A program made the position numbers and the translations under genes. A stretch of DNA of 32,000 bases from Cupriavidus necator (lineage in GTDB: Bacteria > Pseudomonadota > Gammaproteobacteria > Burkholderiales > Burkholderiaceae): assembly GCF_016127575.1 (NCBI RefSeq), contig NZ_CP066018.1:1200001-1232000 (forward strand), given 5' to 3'. Below the pieces are notes generated by a model. That model was not told the DNA's origin. It ran no database searches and worked only from the letters and a program-made list of their open reading frames with translations. This document shows, in pieces, positions 8,476 through 16,771 of this stretch (position 1 is its first letter; every line of letters starts with the position of its first letter).

Positions 8476-9813
8476 TCAGGACTTCGAACAAGCCGGCGTA
8501 ATCCCCTTCTCCTTCGCGTACTGCGCCGCCGTGGCCTTGAACAGCGGGTGGATCAGGCCCTTGTTGCCCTCGATCCAGTCCGACACCACCACCCACTTGG
8601 TGCCGTCCCACTGCTGGATCTTCACCTTGCCCGAGCCCTCGTGGTTGTCGCAGCTGGTCTTGATCTCGGGCAGCAGGCCGGTCGCGCCCAGTTGCTGCAG
8701 GCGCGCGTTGGTCAGGTTCAGGTTCTCGAAGGCCCAGCGCATCTGCTCGCCGGTCATGGGCTTGCCCTTGCCGAACTTGGCCTGCGCCACGCGCACCGCT
8801 TCCACCGTCACCACCGCCGCCGACACGCCGCGGTTGTACAGCACCGAACCCACCTTGTTCTTGTCCTGCATATTGCCCTTGCCGGCACCGTAGACCACCT
8901 TCTCGATATCGGCGATCAGCGGCACGTTGCGGCCCGCCACGTTCCAGGTGGCGCTCATGTAGCCCTTGGAGGCATCACCCGCCGGCACCGTGTCTTCCTC
9001 CGAGCCGGCCCACCACGAGCCGATTATCTTGTCGCGCGCAAAACCCACCTTCTGCGCGGCCTTCAGCGCGGTCTGGTTCATCACGCCCCAGCCCCAGAAG
9101 ATCACGTAGTCGGGGTTCTCCTGGCGAATCTTCAGCCACTGCGCGCCCTGCTCGTTGCCGGGGTGCGCCACCGGGATCTCCACCAGGTTGAACTTGCCCA
9201 GCTTGGCCTCGGCCTGCAGCGCCACGATCGGCTCCTTGCCATAGGCCGAGTCGTGATACAGGTAGACGATCTTCTTGCCGGCCAGCGAGCCGCCGTTCTT
9301 CGAGGCCAGGTACTTGACGATGGCCGAGACCTGCATCTGGTACGTAGTCACCAGCGGGAACGCATACGGGAACACCGAGCCATCCACCGCGTCGGTGCGG
9401 CCGTAGCCCATCATCACCAGCGGCACCTTGTCGGCAGCGGTCTTGTCGACCAGCGCGTACGAGATGCCGGTGGACATGGCGTGGTAGGCCGTGCCCTTGG
9501 TGGTGGCGTTCTTGGACTTCAGGCGTTCATAGCACTCCACGCCCTTGGCGTTGTTGTACTCGGTCTCGCACTCTTCCCACGACAGCTTGACGCCGTTGAC
9601 CCCGCCTTCCTTCAGGTTGACGTAGTTGAGGTAGTCGATGAAGCCGCCATACCAGGACTGGCCGTTGGCGCCATACGGCCCCACGCGGTAGCTTGGCAGC
9701 GCCACGAACTGCTCGTTGCTCTGCGCCATGGCCGGCGCCGCCGGCGCCAGCAGTGCCGCCGCGGCGCTGACCACCAGGGCGGCGCGTTGCACATTGCGAA
9801 TCAGGTTGGTCAT
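8476..9813 (-). CDS. ABC transporter periplasmic substrate-binding protein (LivK/type-1 PBP family)
   Basis: 445 aa. Signal peptide MTNLIRNVQRAALVVSAAAALLAPAAPAMA/QS. GGAGA RBS before the ATG at 9813. LivK-like fold-length protein sited between the permease and ATPase genes. Confidence 0.85.
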   Translation of the reverse strand: MTNLIRNVQRAALVVSAAAALLAPAAPAMAQSNEQFVALPSYRVGPYGANGQSWYGGFIDYLNYVNLKEGGVNGVKLSWEECETEYNNAKGVECYERLKSKNATTKGTAYHAMSTGISYALVDKTAADKVPLVMMGYGRTDAVDGSVFPYAFPLVTTYQMQVSAIVKYLASKNGGSLAGKKIVYLYHDSAYGKEPIVALQAEAKLGKFNLVEIPVAHPGNEQGAQWLKIRQENPDYVIFWGWGVMNQTALKAAQKVGFARDKIIGSWWAGSEEDTVPAGDASKGYMSATWNVAGRNVPLIADIEKVVYGAGKGNMQDKNKVGSVLYNRGVSAAVVTVEAVRVAQAKFGKGKPMTGEQMRWAFENLNLTNARLQQLGATGLLPEIKTSCDNHEGSGKVKIQQWDGTKWVVVSDWIEGNKGLIHPLFKATAAQYAKEKGITPACSKS

Positions 9814-9903
9814 GACAGTCTCCATCGCCCTCAAGGGAGCGTTTCGTTATGCGTAAGCTTCAGAACTTCACACAGGAACTGCGGTAATACAGGCCCCCTC
9901 CCG

Positions 9904-10980
9904 TCAATGAGGGAACGGCCACAGCCTCAGCTTCTCCTTGGCGATCTGCCACAGCCGGGCCAGCCCGTGCGGCTCCACGATCAGGAAGAAGATGATCAGC
10001 CCGCCGAACACCATCAGCTGGATGTGCGACACGGTGGCATTGGTGAATGGCAGGTGCAGCAGCGCGGCCAGCGACGGCAGCACGTTGTCCAGGAAGATCG
10101 GCAGCAGCAGGATGAAGGCCGCGCCCAGGAACGAGCCCAGGATGCTGCCCACGCCGCCGATGATGATCATGAACAGCACGCGGAACGACAGGTCCAGCGA
10201 GAAGCCGTCCGGCTCGACCGAGCCCAGGTAGCAGAACGCATAGAGCGCGCCGGCCACGCCGCAGTAGAACGAGCTGACCGCGAACGCCAGCAGCTTGGTG
10301 CGCATCAGTGGGATGCCGATCACCTCTGCCGCCACGTCCATGTCGCGCACCGACATCCATGCGCGCCCGGTGGCCGAGCGCACCAGGTTCTTGGCCGCCA
10401 GCGCCAGCACCGTGACGATGGCCAGCACGAACAGGTACTTCTTCAGCGGGGTGTCGATGGCGAAGCCGAACAGGTCCAGCCGCTGCGCCGTGATCACGCC
10501 CGACGAGCTGTTGTTGGAGAACCAGGGGAACTTGGTCAGCGCCCACACCACGAAGAACTGCGCCGCCAGCGTCGCCACCGCGAGGTAGAAGCCCTTGATG
10601 CGCAGCGACGGCAGGCCGAAGGCCACCCCCACCAATGCCGCGGAAAGGCCCGCCATCACGAATGTCAGCAGCACCGGCATGCCTTCCACGCGCAGCTGGA
10701 AATTGTAGGCCGCGTAGGCACCCACCGCCATGAAGGCCGCGGTACCGAGCGACAGCTGGCCGGCATAGCCGGTCAGGATATTCAGCCCCAGTGCCGCCAG
10801 CGAGAAAATCAGGAACGGGATCAGGATGGCCGAGAACCAATATTCCGACCCGACGAACGGGATCGCCACGAAGGCCACCGCCATCAGCACGGCAAAGCCG
10901 ATGCGGTCCTGGCGGATGGGAAAGATCTGGCTGTCGGCGACGTAGCTGGTCTTGAACTGGCCGGCTTCACGATAAAACAT
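9904..10980 (-). CDS. branched-chain-type ABC transporter permease (LivM-like)
   Basis: 358 aa polytopic membrane protein with the LivM-type pattern (LNILTGYAGQLSLGTAAFMAVGAY). Confidence 0.9.
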   Translation of the reverse strand: MFYREAGQFKTSYVADSQIFPIRQDRIGFAVLMAVAFVAIPFVGSEYWFSAILIPFLIFSLAALGLNILTGYAGQLSLGTAAFMAVGAYAAYNFQLRVEGMPVLLTFVMAGLSAALVGVAFGLPSLRIKGFYLAVATLAAQFFVVWALTKFPWFSNNSSSGVITAQRLDLFGFAIDTPLKKYLFVLAIVTVLALAAKNLVRSATGRAWMSVRDMDVAAEVIGIPLMRTKLLAFAVSSFYCGVAGALYAFCYLGSVEPDGFSLDLSFRVLFMIIIGGVGSILGSFLGAAFILLLPIFLDNVLPSLAALLHLPFTNATVSHIQLMVFGGLIIFFLIVEPHGLARLWQIAKEKLRLWPFPH

Positions 10981-11004
10981 GGCAAGTCTCCTGTGCGAAG
11001 TCGG

Positions 11005-11919
11005 TCAGACGCGATCGATGTGTTTCTCGCCGAACAGCCCTTCGGGCCGCACCAGCAGAAACAGCAAGGCAAACACATACGGGAACCACCCTTCGATGCC
11101 GCCGAAGTTGCCCCCGAACATCGACTGGAACACCGGCGGGATATAGATCTCGGCCAGCTTCTCCGAGGCACCGATGATCAGCCCGCCGACGATGGCGCCG
11201 GGCACCGAGGTGAAGCCGCCCAGGATCAGCACCGGCAGCGCCTTGAGCGCGGTCAGCGTGAGCGCGAACTGCACGCCATTGCGCGAGCCCCACAGCATGC
11301 CGGCCACCAGCGCGACGAAACCCGCCACGCCCCACACGATCGCCCAGATGTTCTGCAGCGGGATGCCCAGCGACAGCGCCGCCTGGTGGTCGTCAGCGAC
11401 CGCGCGCAGCGCGCGTCCGACCTTGGTGTACTGGAAGAACAGCGCCAGCGATCCGACCAGCAGGCCGGCAATGGCCGCCGCCGCAATATCGAACTTGGAC
11501 AGCACGATGTTGAAGTTGGTCATGATCGACTCGATCGGCTCGTCGACGATGCCCAGGTTGATCGGGCGCACCTCATTGCCGAACAGCAGCGGCCCCAGGC
11601 CCTCGAGGAAGAACGACAGCCCGATGGTCGCCATGAACAGCGTGATCGGCGGCTGGTTGACCAGCTTGCGCAGCACGAAGCGCTCGGTGCTCATGCCGAC
11701 CAGGATCATCACCACGAAGGCGCCGATCACCGCGGCCCACATCGGCAGGCCCTTGTCCATCAGCCCCACCACCGCCAGCGCGGCGAAGTACACCATCGCG
11801 CCCTGGGCAAAGTTGAACACGCCCGAGGCCTTGTAGATCAGCACGAAGCCCAGCGCCACCAGCGAGTACATCAGGCCAGAGAGCAAGCCGCCGATCAGGA
11901 TTTCAAAGAAGAACGTCAT
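11005..11919 (-). CDS. branched-chain-type ABC transporter permease (LivH-like)
   Basis: 304 aa polytopic membrane protein with LivH-type motifs (LIYKASGVFNFAQGAM, ALPVLILGGFTSVPGAIVGG). Confidence 0.9.
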   Translation of the reverse strand: MTFFFEILIGGLLSGLMYSLVALGFVLIYKASGVFNFAQGAMVYFAALAVVGLMDKGLPMWAAVIGAFVVMILVGMSTERFVLRKLVNQPPITLFMATIGLSFFLEGLGPLLFGNEVRPINLGIVDEPIESIMTNFNIVLSKFDIAAAAIAGLLVGSLALFFQYTKVGRALRAVADDHQAALSLGIPLQNIWAIVWGVAGFVALVAGMLWGSRNGVQFALTLTALKALPVLILGGFTSVPGAIVGGLIIGASEKLAEIYIPPVFQSMFGGNFGGIEGWFPYVFALLFLLVRPEGLFGEKHIDRV

Positions 11920-11930
11920 GGTTCAGAGCC

Positions 11931-12911
11931 TCAGTGCGAAGTGCCCAGGTACGCCTTGATCACGTCAGGGTTGCCCTTGACCTCTTCCGGCGTGCCGTCG
12001 CCGATCTTCTTGCCGTAGTCGAGCACCACCACGCGGTCGGAGATATCCATCACCACGCCCATGTCGTGCTCGATCAGCACGATGGTGGTGCCGAACTGCC
12101 GGTTCACGTCCAGGATGAAGCGGCACATGTCCTGCTTCTCTTCCACGTTCATGCCGGCCATGGGCTCGTCCAGCAGCAGCATCGAGGGCTCGGCCGCGAG
12201 TGCGCGCGCCAGTTCGACGCGCTTCTGCAGGCCATACGGCAGGCGCCCGACCGGGGTCTTGCGGATCGACTGGATCTCGAGGAAGTCGATCACTTCCTCG
12301 ACCTTCTGGCGATGGCGCATCTCTTCGTTGCGCGCCGGGCCCCACCACAGCGCGTGGGCGAAGAGCCCGGTGCGGAACTGCGTGTTGCGCCCGGTCATGA
12401 TGTTGTCCAGCACCGTCATGCCCTTGAACAGCGCGATGTTCTGGAAGGTACGCGCAATGCCCTGGCGCGCCGCGGCGGTCGGGTGCATCTGCTTGCGCTC
12501 CTCGCCGCGGAACACGATGCGTCCCTGCTGCGGGTGATAGACGCCGTTGATCACGTTGAGCATCGAACTCTTGCCGGCGCCGTTGGGGCCGATGATGGCG
12601 CGCACCTCGTGCTCGCACACATCGAACGAGATATCGGTCAGCGCCTTGACCCCGCCGAACGACAGCGAGATATGCTGCAGGTCCAGGATCACCTCGCCGC
12701 CGGTGCGCGCCTGTTCGCCGGTGCGCTGCGCGCGCTGCGTGCCGGGATGCGCGCCGCTGTCATCCGTCAGTTCCGCAGGAGACATCGGACCCGTGGGTGC
12801 GATCGCGCCGCCGCTGCCGGCACCGCTGGCATCCGTGCGTGCCGTCCCCGCCCATTCGCGCTGCCCCGCGCCTTGCCAGGCTACTTGCGTCATCTTGCTG
12901 CCCTCGCTCAT
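11931..12911 (-). CDS. ABC transporter ATP-binding protein (LivG-like) with ~73-aa low-complexity N-terminal extension
   Basis: Walker A GPNGAGKSS, signature LPYGLQKRVELARAL, Walker B LLLDEPMAGM. The ATG at 12911 overlaps the upstream stop as ATGA. Alternative starts at 12893 (GAGGG RBS) and 12785. Confidence 0.85.
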   Translation of the reverse strand: MSEGSKMTQVAWQGAGQREWAGTARTDASGAGSGGAIAPTGPMSPAELTDDSGAHPGTQRAQRTGEQARTGGEVILDLQHISLSFGGVKALTDISFDVCEHEVRAIIGPNGAGKSSMLNVINGVYHPQQGRIVFRGEERKQMHPTAAARQGIARTFQNIALFKGMTVLDNIMTGRNTQFRTGLFAHALWWGPARNEEMRHRQKVEEVIDFLEIQSIRKTPVGRLPYGLQKRVELARALAAEPSMLLLDEPMAGMNVEEKQDMCRFILDVNRQFGTTIVLIEHDMGVVMDISDRVVVLDYGKKIGDGTPEEVKGNPDVIKAYLGTSH

Positions 12912-14866
12912 GCTGCGCGCGCCGCCACCGGCAGGCGCTTCGCATTGACCAGCTTCAGCGTGGCCGACACGCTGCCCTCGCGTCCGTCTTCGAACTTGAC
13001 GCGCGTCTCGATGAACTGCTCGGACTTGCCCGCATAGAGCGCCTCCACCAGCACGCCGTATTTGTCGGCGATAAAGCCGCGGCGCACCTTGCGCGTGCGC
13101 GTGAGCTCGTCGTCGTCCGGATCCAGTTCCTTGTGCAGGACCAGGAAGCGTGCCACCTGCGATCCGGCCAGCATCGGGTCGTTGGCCAGGTCGGCATTCA
13201 CCTGGTTCACGCATTCGCCGATCATTTCCAGCACCTCGGGCTGCGCGGCCAGGTCGACATAGCCGGCGTACGGCAGGTGGCGGCGCTCGGCCCAGTTGCC
13301 CACGGCCTCGAAGTCGATATTGATAAACGCGCAGACCTGGTCGCGGTCATTGCCGAAGGCCACCGCTTCCTTGATGTACGGGAAGAACTTGAGCTTGTTC
13401 TCGATGTACTTTGGCGCGAACATCGAGCCATCGGCCAGCTTGCCCACGTCCTTGGCGCGGTCGATGATCTTCAGGTGGCCGTCGGCGTCGATCACGCCGG
13501 CGTCGCCGGTCATGAAGTAGCCCTCGTCGTTGATGGCCTCGCGCGTGGCGTCATCGCGCTTGTAGTAGGACTTGAGCAGGCCCACGCCGCGCACCAGCAC
13601 CTCGCCGTTGTCGGCGATGCGGATTTCCATGCCGGGCGCCGCCGGGCCGACTGAATCGAACTTGACCTTGCCGTCCGGCTGCAGGCACACATAGGCGCAG
13701 GTCTCGGTCTGGCCGTAGAACTGCTTCAGGTTCACGCCGATCGAGCGGTAGAAGCGGAACAGGTCCGGTCCGATCGCCTCGCCCGCGGTATAGCCCACGC
13801 GGATGCGGCTCATGCCCAGCACATTGCGCAACGGGCCGTAGACCAGCGCTTCGCCAAGGGCGTAGCGCGCGCGGTCCGCGAGCGATACCGGCTTGCCGTC
13901 GAGGATATCGGTGCCGCAGCGCTTCGCCACGTCCATGGCCCAGTGGAACAGCTTGCGCTTGATCCAGCCGGCATCCTCCATGCGGATCATCACCTGCGTC
14001 AGCAGCCCTTCATAGATGCGCGGCGGCGCAAAGTAGTAGGTGGGGCCGATCTCGCGCAGGTCGGTCATCACCGTTTCGCGCGATTCCGGGCAGTTCACCG
14101 TGAAGCCCGCCACCATCGCCTGCGCGTATGAGAACAGATTGTCGCCCACCCATGCCATCGGCAGGTAGGACAGCACGTCGTCGTCCGCGCTGAGCTTGTC
14201 GAAGGCGCAGCCGTTGCGCGCCGCGCCGATCAGGCCGTAGTGCGAATGGCACACGCCCTTGGGCTTGCCGGTGGTGCCGGAGGTATAGAGGATGATCGCG
14301 GTGTCGTCGGGCTGGCCGGCGGCGATGGCCTCGTCATAGAAGCCCGGGTGCGCCTGGTCGAACTCGCGGCCCAGTTCCTGTAGCTGTTCATAAGACATCA
14401 GCGACGGATGGTCGTAGTCCATCAGGCCGCGCGGGTCTTCAAAGATGACGTGGCGCACGGCGCGGCCGGACTCGGCCAGCTGCGCTTCCACTTCCAGCAG
14501 CTTGTCGACCTGCTCCTGGTCCTCGACGATGGCGAACTCGATCTCCGCATCGTTGAGCACGTAGACCATCTCGTTGGCGATGGCGTCCTGGTACAGCGGC
14601 ACCGGCACACCGCCCAGCGCCTGCGCCGCGGTCATGGCCCAGTACAGCCGCGGGCGGTTGTCGCCCACCACCGCCAGATTCATGCCACGCCTGAAACCGA
14701 GTGCGGCCAGCCCGCAAGCCAGTGCCCTCACCTGCTGCGCCGCCTGGGCCCAGCTGTATGTCTGCCAGATGCCGAGATCCTTCTCGCGGTGAGCCGGATG
14801 ATCCGGCCGCTGCTGGGCGTGCGCCAGCAGCCATCGCGGGAAGGTCGTCGCCGACGATTCCTGCAT
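12908..14866 (-). CDS. long-chain acyl-CoA synthetase (AMP-forming, FadD-like; 652 aa)
   Basis: Canonical adenylation motifs YTSGTTGKPKGV, GYTAGE/QTETC and YFMTGDAG..DGHLKIIDRAKD. AGGAGA RBS before the ATG at 14866. Confidence 0.9.
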   Translation of the reverse strand: MQESSATTFPRWLLAHAQQRPDHPAHREKDLGIWQTYSWAQAAQQVRALACGLAALGFRRGMNLAVVGDNRPRLYWAMTAAQALGGVPVPLYQDAIANEMVYVLNDAEIEFAIVEDQEQVDKLLEVEAQLAESGRAVRHVIFEDPRGLMDYDHPSLMSYEQLQELGREFDQAHPGFYDEAIAAGQPDDTAIILYTSGTTGKPKGVCHSHYGLIGAARNGCAFDKLSADDDVLSYLPMAWVGDNLFSYAQAMVAGFTVNCPESRETVMTDLREIGPTYYFAPPRIYEGLLTQVMIRMEDAGWIKRKLFHWAMDVAKRCGTDILDGKPVSLADRARYALGEALVYGPLRNVLGMSRIRVGYTAGEAIGPDLFRFYRSIGVNLKQFYGQTETCAYVCLQPDGKVKFDSVGPAAPGMEIRIADNGEVLVRGVGLLKSYYKRDDATREAINDEGYFMTGDAGVIDADGHLKIIDRAKDVGKLADGSMFAPKYIENKLKFFPYIKEAVAFGNDRDQVCAFINIDFEAVGNWAERRHLPYAGYVDLAAQPEVLEMIGECVNQVNADLANDPMLAGSQVARFLVLHKELDPDDDELTRTRKVRRGFIADKYGVLVEALYAGKSEQFIETRVKFEDGREGSVSATLKLVNAKRLPVAARAA

Positions 14867-15050
14867 CGCTGTCTCCTGTCCCTCCGGCGTGGGGATCCAC
14901 GCGCGGTGTCAAGCGTCGGTCCGGTGGTTATACTTGGCTTGTTTTGCCTGGCGGCAGTCATGCCGCAGCGCATCAAGCCCGTGGTGCCTTGTTTTGCGGC
15001 ACTTCCCGGCTCCGTGGTGATCGTAAGATAGCCCATGCCATCCACCCGGG

Positions 15051-15068
15051 TTGTCACGCCGGTGACAA
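15051..15068. promoter_or_regulatory. CRP-architecture palindrome TTGTCAC-GCCG-GTGACAA (TGTCA-N6-TGACA)
   Basis: Perfect 7+7 inverted repeat in the divergent intergenic region, centred ~45 bp upstream of the Crp-family gene ATG. Confidence 0.5.
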
Positions 15069-15103
15069 TTCCGGGTTAATCCCTACCGGAGCAAATTCAG
15101 GCC

Positions 15104-15772
15104 ATGCTGAACGATTTTGTCGACCGCTGCGTGTGGGCAGCAGACCTGAGTCCCGAGCAGCGCGAGCGCGTGCGCCGCGCCATGTTCGTGCACGAGTACA
15201 CCCAGGGCGACTACGTCTGTCACAAGGGTGACATGGCCGAGCACTGGATGGGCGTGCTCGAAGGCATCGTCAAGATCACCACGGTGTCGCCCTCGGGCAA
15301 GTCCGTCACCTTCACCGGCGTGCCCACCGGCGGCTGGTTCGGCGAAGGCGCGGTGCTCAAGTCGGAAATCCGCAAGTACGACGTGATGGCGCTGCGCCGC
15401 TCCACCATCGCCTTCCTGCCGCGCGACACTTTTCTGTGGTTGCTGGATACCAGCCTGCCGTTCACGCGCTTCCTGCTGACCCAGTTCAACGAACGCCTGG
15501 GACAGTTCATCGCCGCGGTGGAATATGAGCGGCTGCTCGACATCGATTCGCGCGTGGCGCGCGCGGTGTCGTCGCTGTTCAATGAGCACCTGTATCCGGG
15601 GATCGGCAAGACGCTGGAGATCTCGCAGGAAGAGATCGGCCTGCTCGCTGGCATCTCGCGCCAGCGCGCCAACCAGGCGCTCAAGGTGCTGGAACAGCAG
15701 GGCCTGGTGCGGGTGGACTACGGCGTGATCGAGGTGCTGGACCTGGAGGGGTTGCGGCAGTACGGCGAATAA
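15104..15772 (+). CDS. Crp/Fnr-family transcriptional regulator (cNMP-binding domain + C-terminal HTH)
   Basis: 222 aa. Beta-roll effector-domain pattern (GDYVCHKGD...WFGEGAVL). HTH EISQEEIGLLAGISRQRANQALKVLEQQGLV. Confidence 0.88.
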   Translation: MLNDFVDRCVWAADLSPEQRERVRRAMFVHEYTQGDYVCHKGDMAEHWMGVLEGIVKITTVSPSGKSVTFTGVPTGGWFGEGAVLKSEIRKYDVMALRRSTIAFLPRDTFLWLLDTSLPFTRFLLTQFNERLGQFIAAVEYERLLDIDSRVARAVSSLFNEHLYPGIGKTLEISQEEIGLLAGISRQRANQALKVLEQQGLVRVDYGVIEVLDLEGLRQYGE

Positions 15773-15773
15773 C

Positions 15774-16196
15774 ATGGCCAGCGCCATCGACGACGCCACG
15801 CTGCAGGCCTATCGCGAGACGCACTACCGCGTGCTGGGCGACCTGCCGATGGTATTGCGGGTAGACCAACCCAGCGCCCCGCTGGCGGCGCTGCACCGCG
15901 CGCTGGGCGTGGCAGCGAGCGCCTTCATTACCGCCGCCAACCCGTTCAGCCTGCGCTGCGACGACGACACCAACGCAAAGCGCCAGCAAGCGCTGGCGCA
16001 AGACTTGGCAAGGATGGGATTGCGCGCAATCGAAGCCGCCGGAGAGCATCCACGCAACGGCTGGCCGGCCGAGCCGAGCTTCCTGGTGCCGGGGCTGTCG
16101 CTGGCGGATGCACGGGCACTCGGCGAGAAATACGAACAGAACGCGGTGGTCTGGAGCGGCGCGGACGCGGTGCCGCGGCTGGTGCTGCTGCGCTGA
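15774..16196 (+). CDS. DUF3293-like protein of unknown function
   Basis: 140 aa. ATG lies 1 nt after the Crp-family stop codon. Pattern YRETHYRV...AFITAANPFS...N...L...WPAEPSFLVPGL...QNAVVW resembles DUF3293 as I recall it. Confidence 0.6.
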   Translation: MASAIDDATLQAYRETHYRVLGDLPMVLRVDQPSAPLAALHRALGVAASAFITAANPFSLRCDDDTNAKRQQALAQDLARMGLRAIEAAGEHPRNGWPAEPSFLVPGLSLADARALGEKYEQNAVVWSGADAVPRLVLLR

Positions 16197-16245
16197 ACGC
16201 CGGGCCGGGCGGTGGTGCCGGCCGGCGCTTCAGCCGGTGCGGCGG

Positions 16246-16587
16246 TCAGTGGCCGTGATGACCGCGATGGCCGTGATGACCGTGATGACCGCGATGCCCA
16301 TGGCCGTGGTGGCGATAGTGATGATGCCGATGATAGTGGTGATGGCGGCCGCGCCACTCATGGCGGCCATACCAGCGACGGCCATCCCAATAACGGTCGC
16401 CATGCCAGCCGTGATGGCGCGGCGCATACACCACGTGCGGCGGGGGTGCCACATAGACCGGGGCCGGCGCCGCATAGACCGGCGCGCCGATCTGCACGCC
16501 CACGTCCACATGCGCCATCGCCGAGCGGGCCGCCAGCAGGGACATTGCGCCCGCGAGCAGCGCAGCAAAGAGAATCGGGTGAGCCAT
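16246..16587 (-). CDS. small secreted protein with Pro/Val/Tyr repeats and an extreme His/Arg/Gly-rich C-terminal tail
   Basis: 113 aa. Sec-type signal peptide MAHPILFAALLAGAMSLLAARSAMA/HV. Then APVYAAPAPVYVAPPPHVVYAP, then ...RHHHYHRHHHYRHHGHGHRGHHGHHGHRGHHGH. High GC3 in this frame. No obvious SD. Confidence 0.65.
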   Translation of the reverse strand: MAHPILFAALLAGAMSLLAARSAMAHVDVGVQIGAPVYAAPAPVYVAPPPHVVYAPRHHGWHGDRYWDGRRWYGRHEWRGRHHHYHRHHHYRHHGHGHRGHHGHHGHRGHHGH

Positions 16588-16712
16588 GGAGCTTGTTTTG
16601 TCGTAATGGGAATGGGTGCACTCTACCGCGCATTCCTGTTACCGGATGCGGCGGAGTGTTTCGGCATATAACGCCGTGTAAGCGGGATTTGGCGGCAACC
16701 GGAACCGGCCCC

Positions 16713-16744
16713 GGAAAAAGCTGCGGCCGCCCGCAGGCGGCCGC
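16713..16744 (-). terminator. Rho-independent terminator after paaH1
   Basis: On the minus strand: 9-bp stem GCGGCCGCC/GGCGGCCGC (16723-16731 and 16736-16744) followed by AGCTTTTT. Lies 28 nt after the paaH1 stop. Confidence 0.7.
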
Positions 16745-16771
16745 TGTACCACGCGGCAAGTGCCGGGCAGC

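Noticed and set aside
7417-12018. A 1533-aa ORF on the plus strand spanning four transporter genes
   Set aside because: It is the codon-aligned antisense frame of the livF-, livK-, livM- and livH-like genes. All four happen to share the same reading phase (minus-strand start coordinates all divisible by 3). In high-GC genes the codons TTA, CTA and TCA are avoided, so the mirror frame lacks stops. The translation is R/H/Q/D/G/A low-complexity sequence with no domain signatures.
13197-13210. A cre-tag-like direct repeat TTCAC-CTGG-TTCAC
   Set aside because: The spacing is N4, not the N6 of the CreB cre tag. It also lies deep inside the acyl-CoA synthetase coding sequence.
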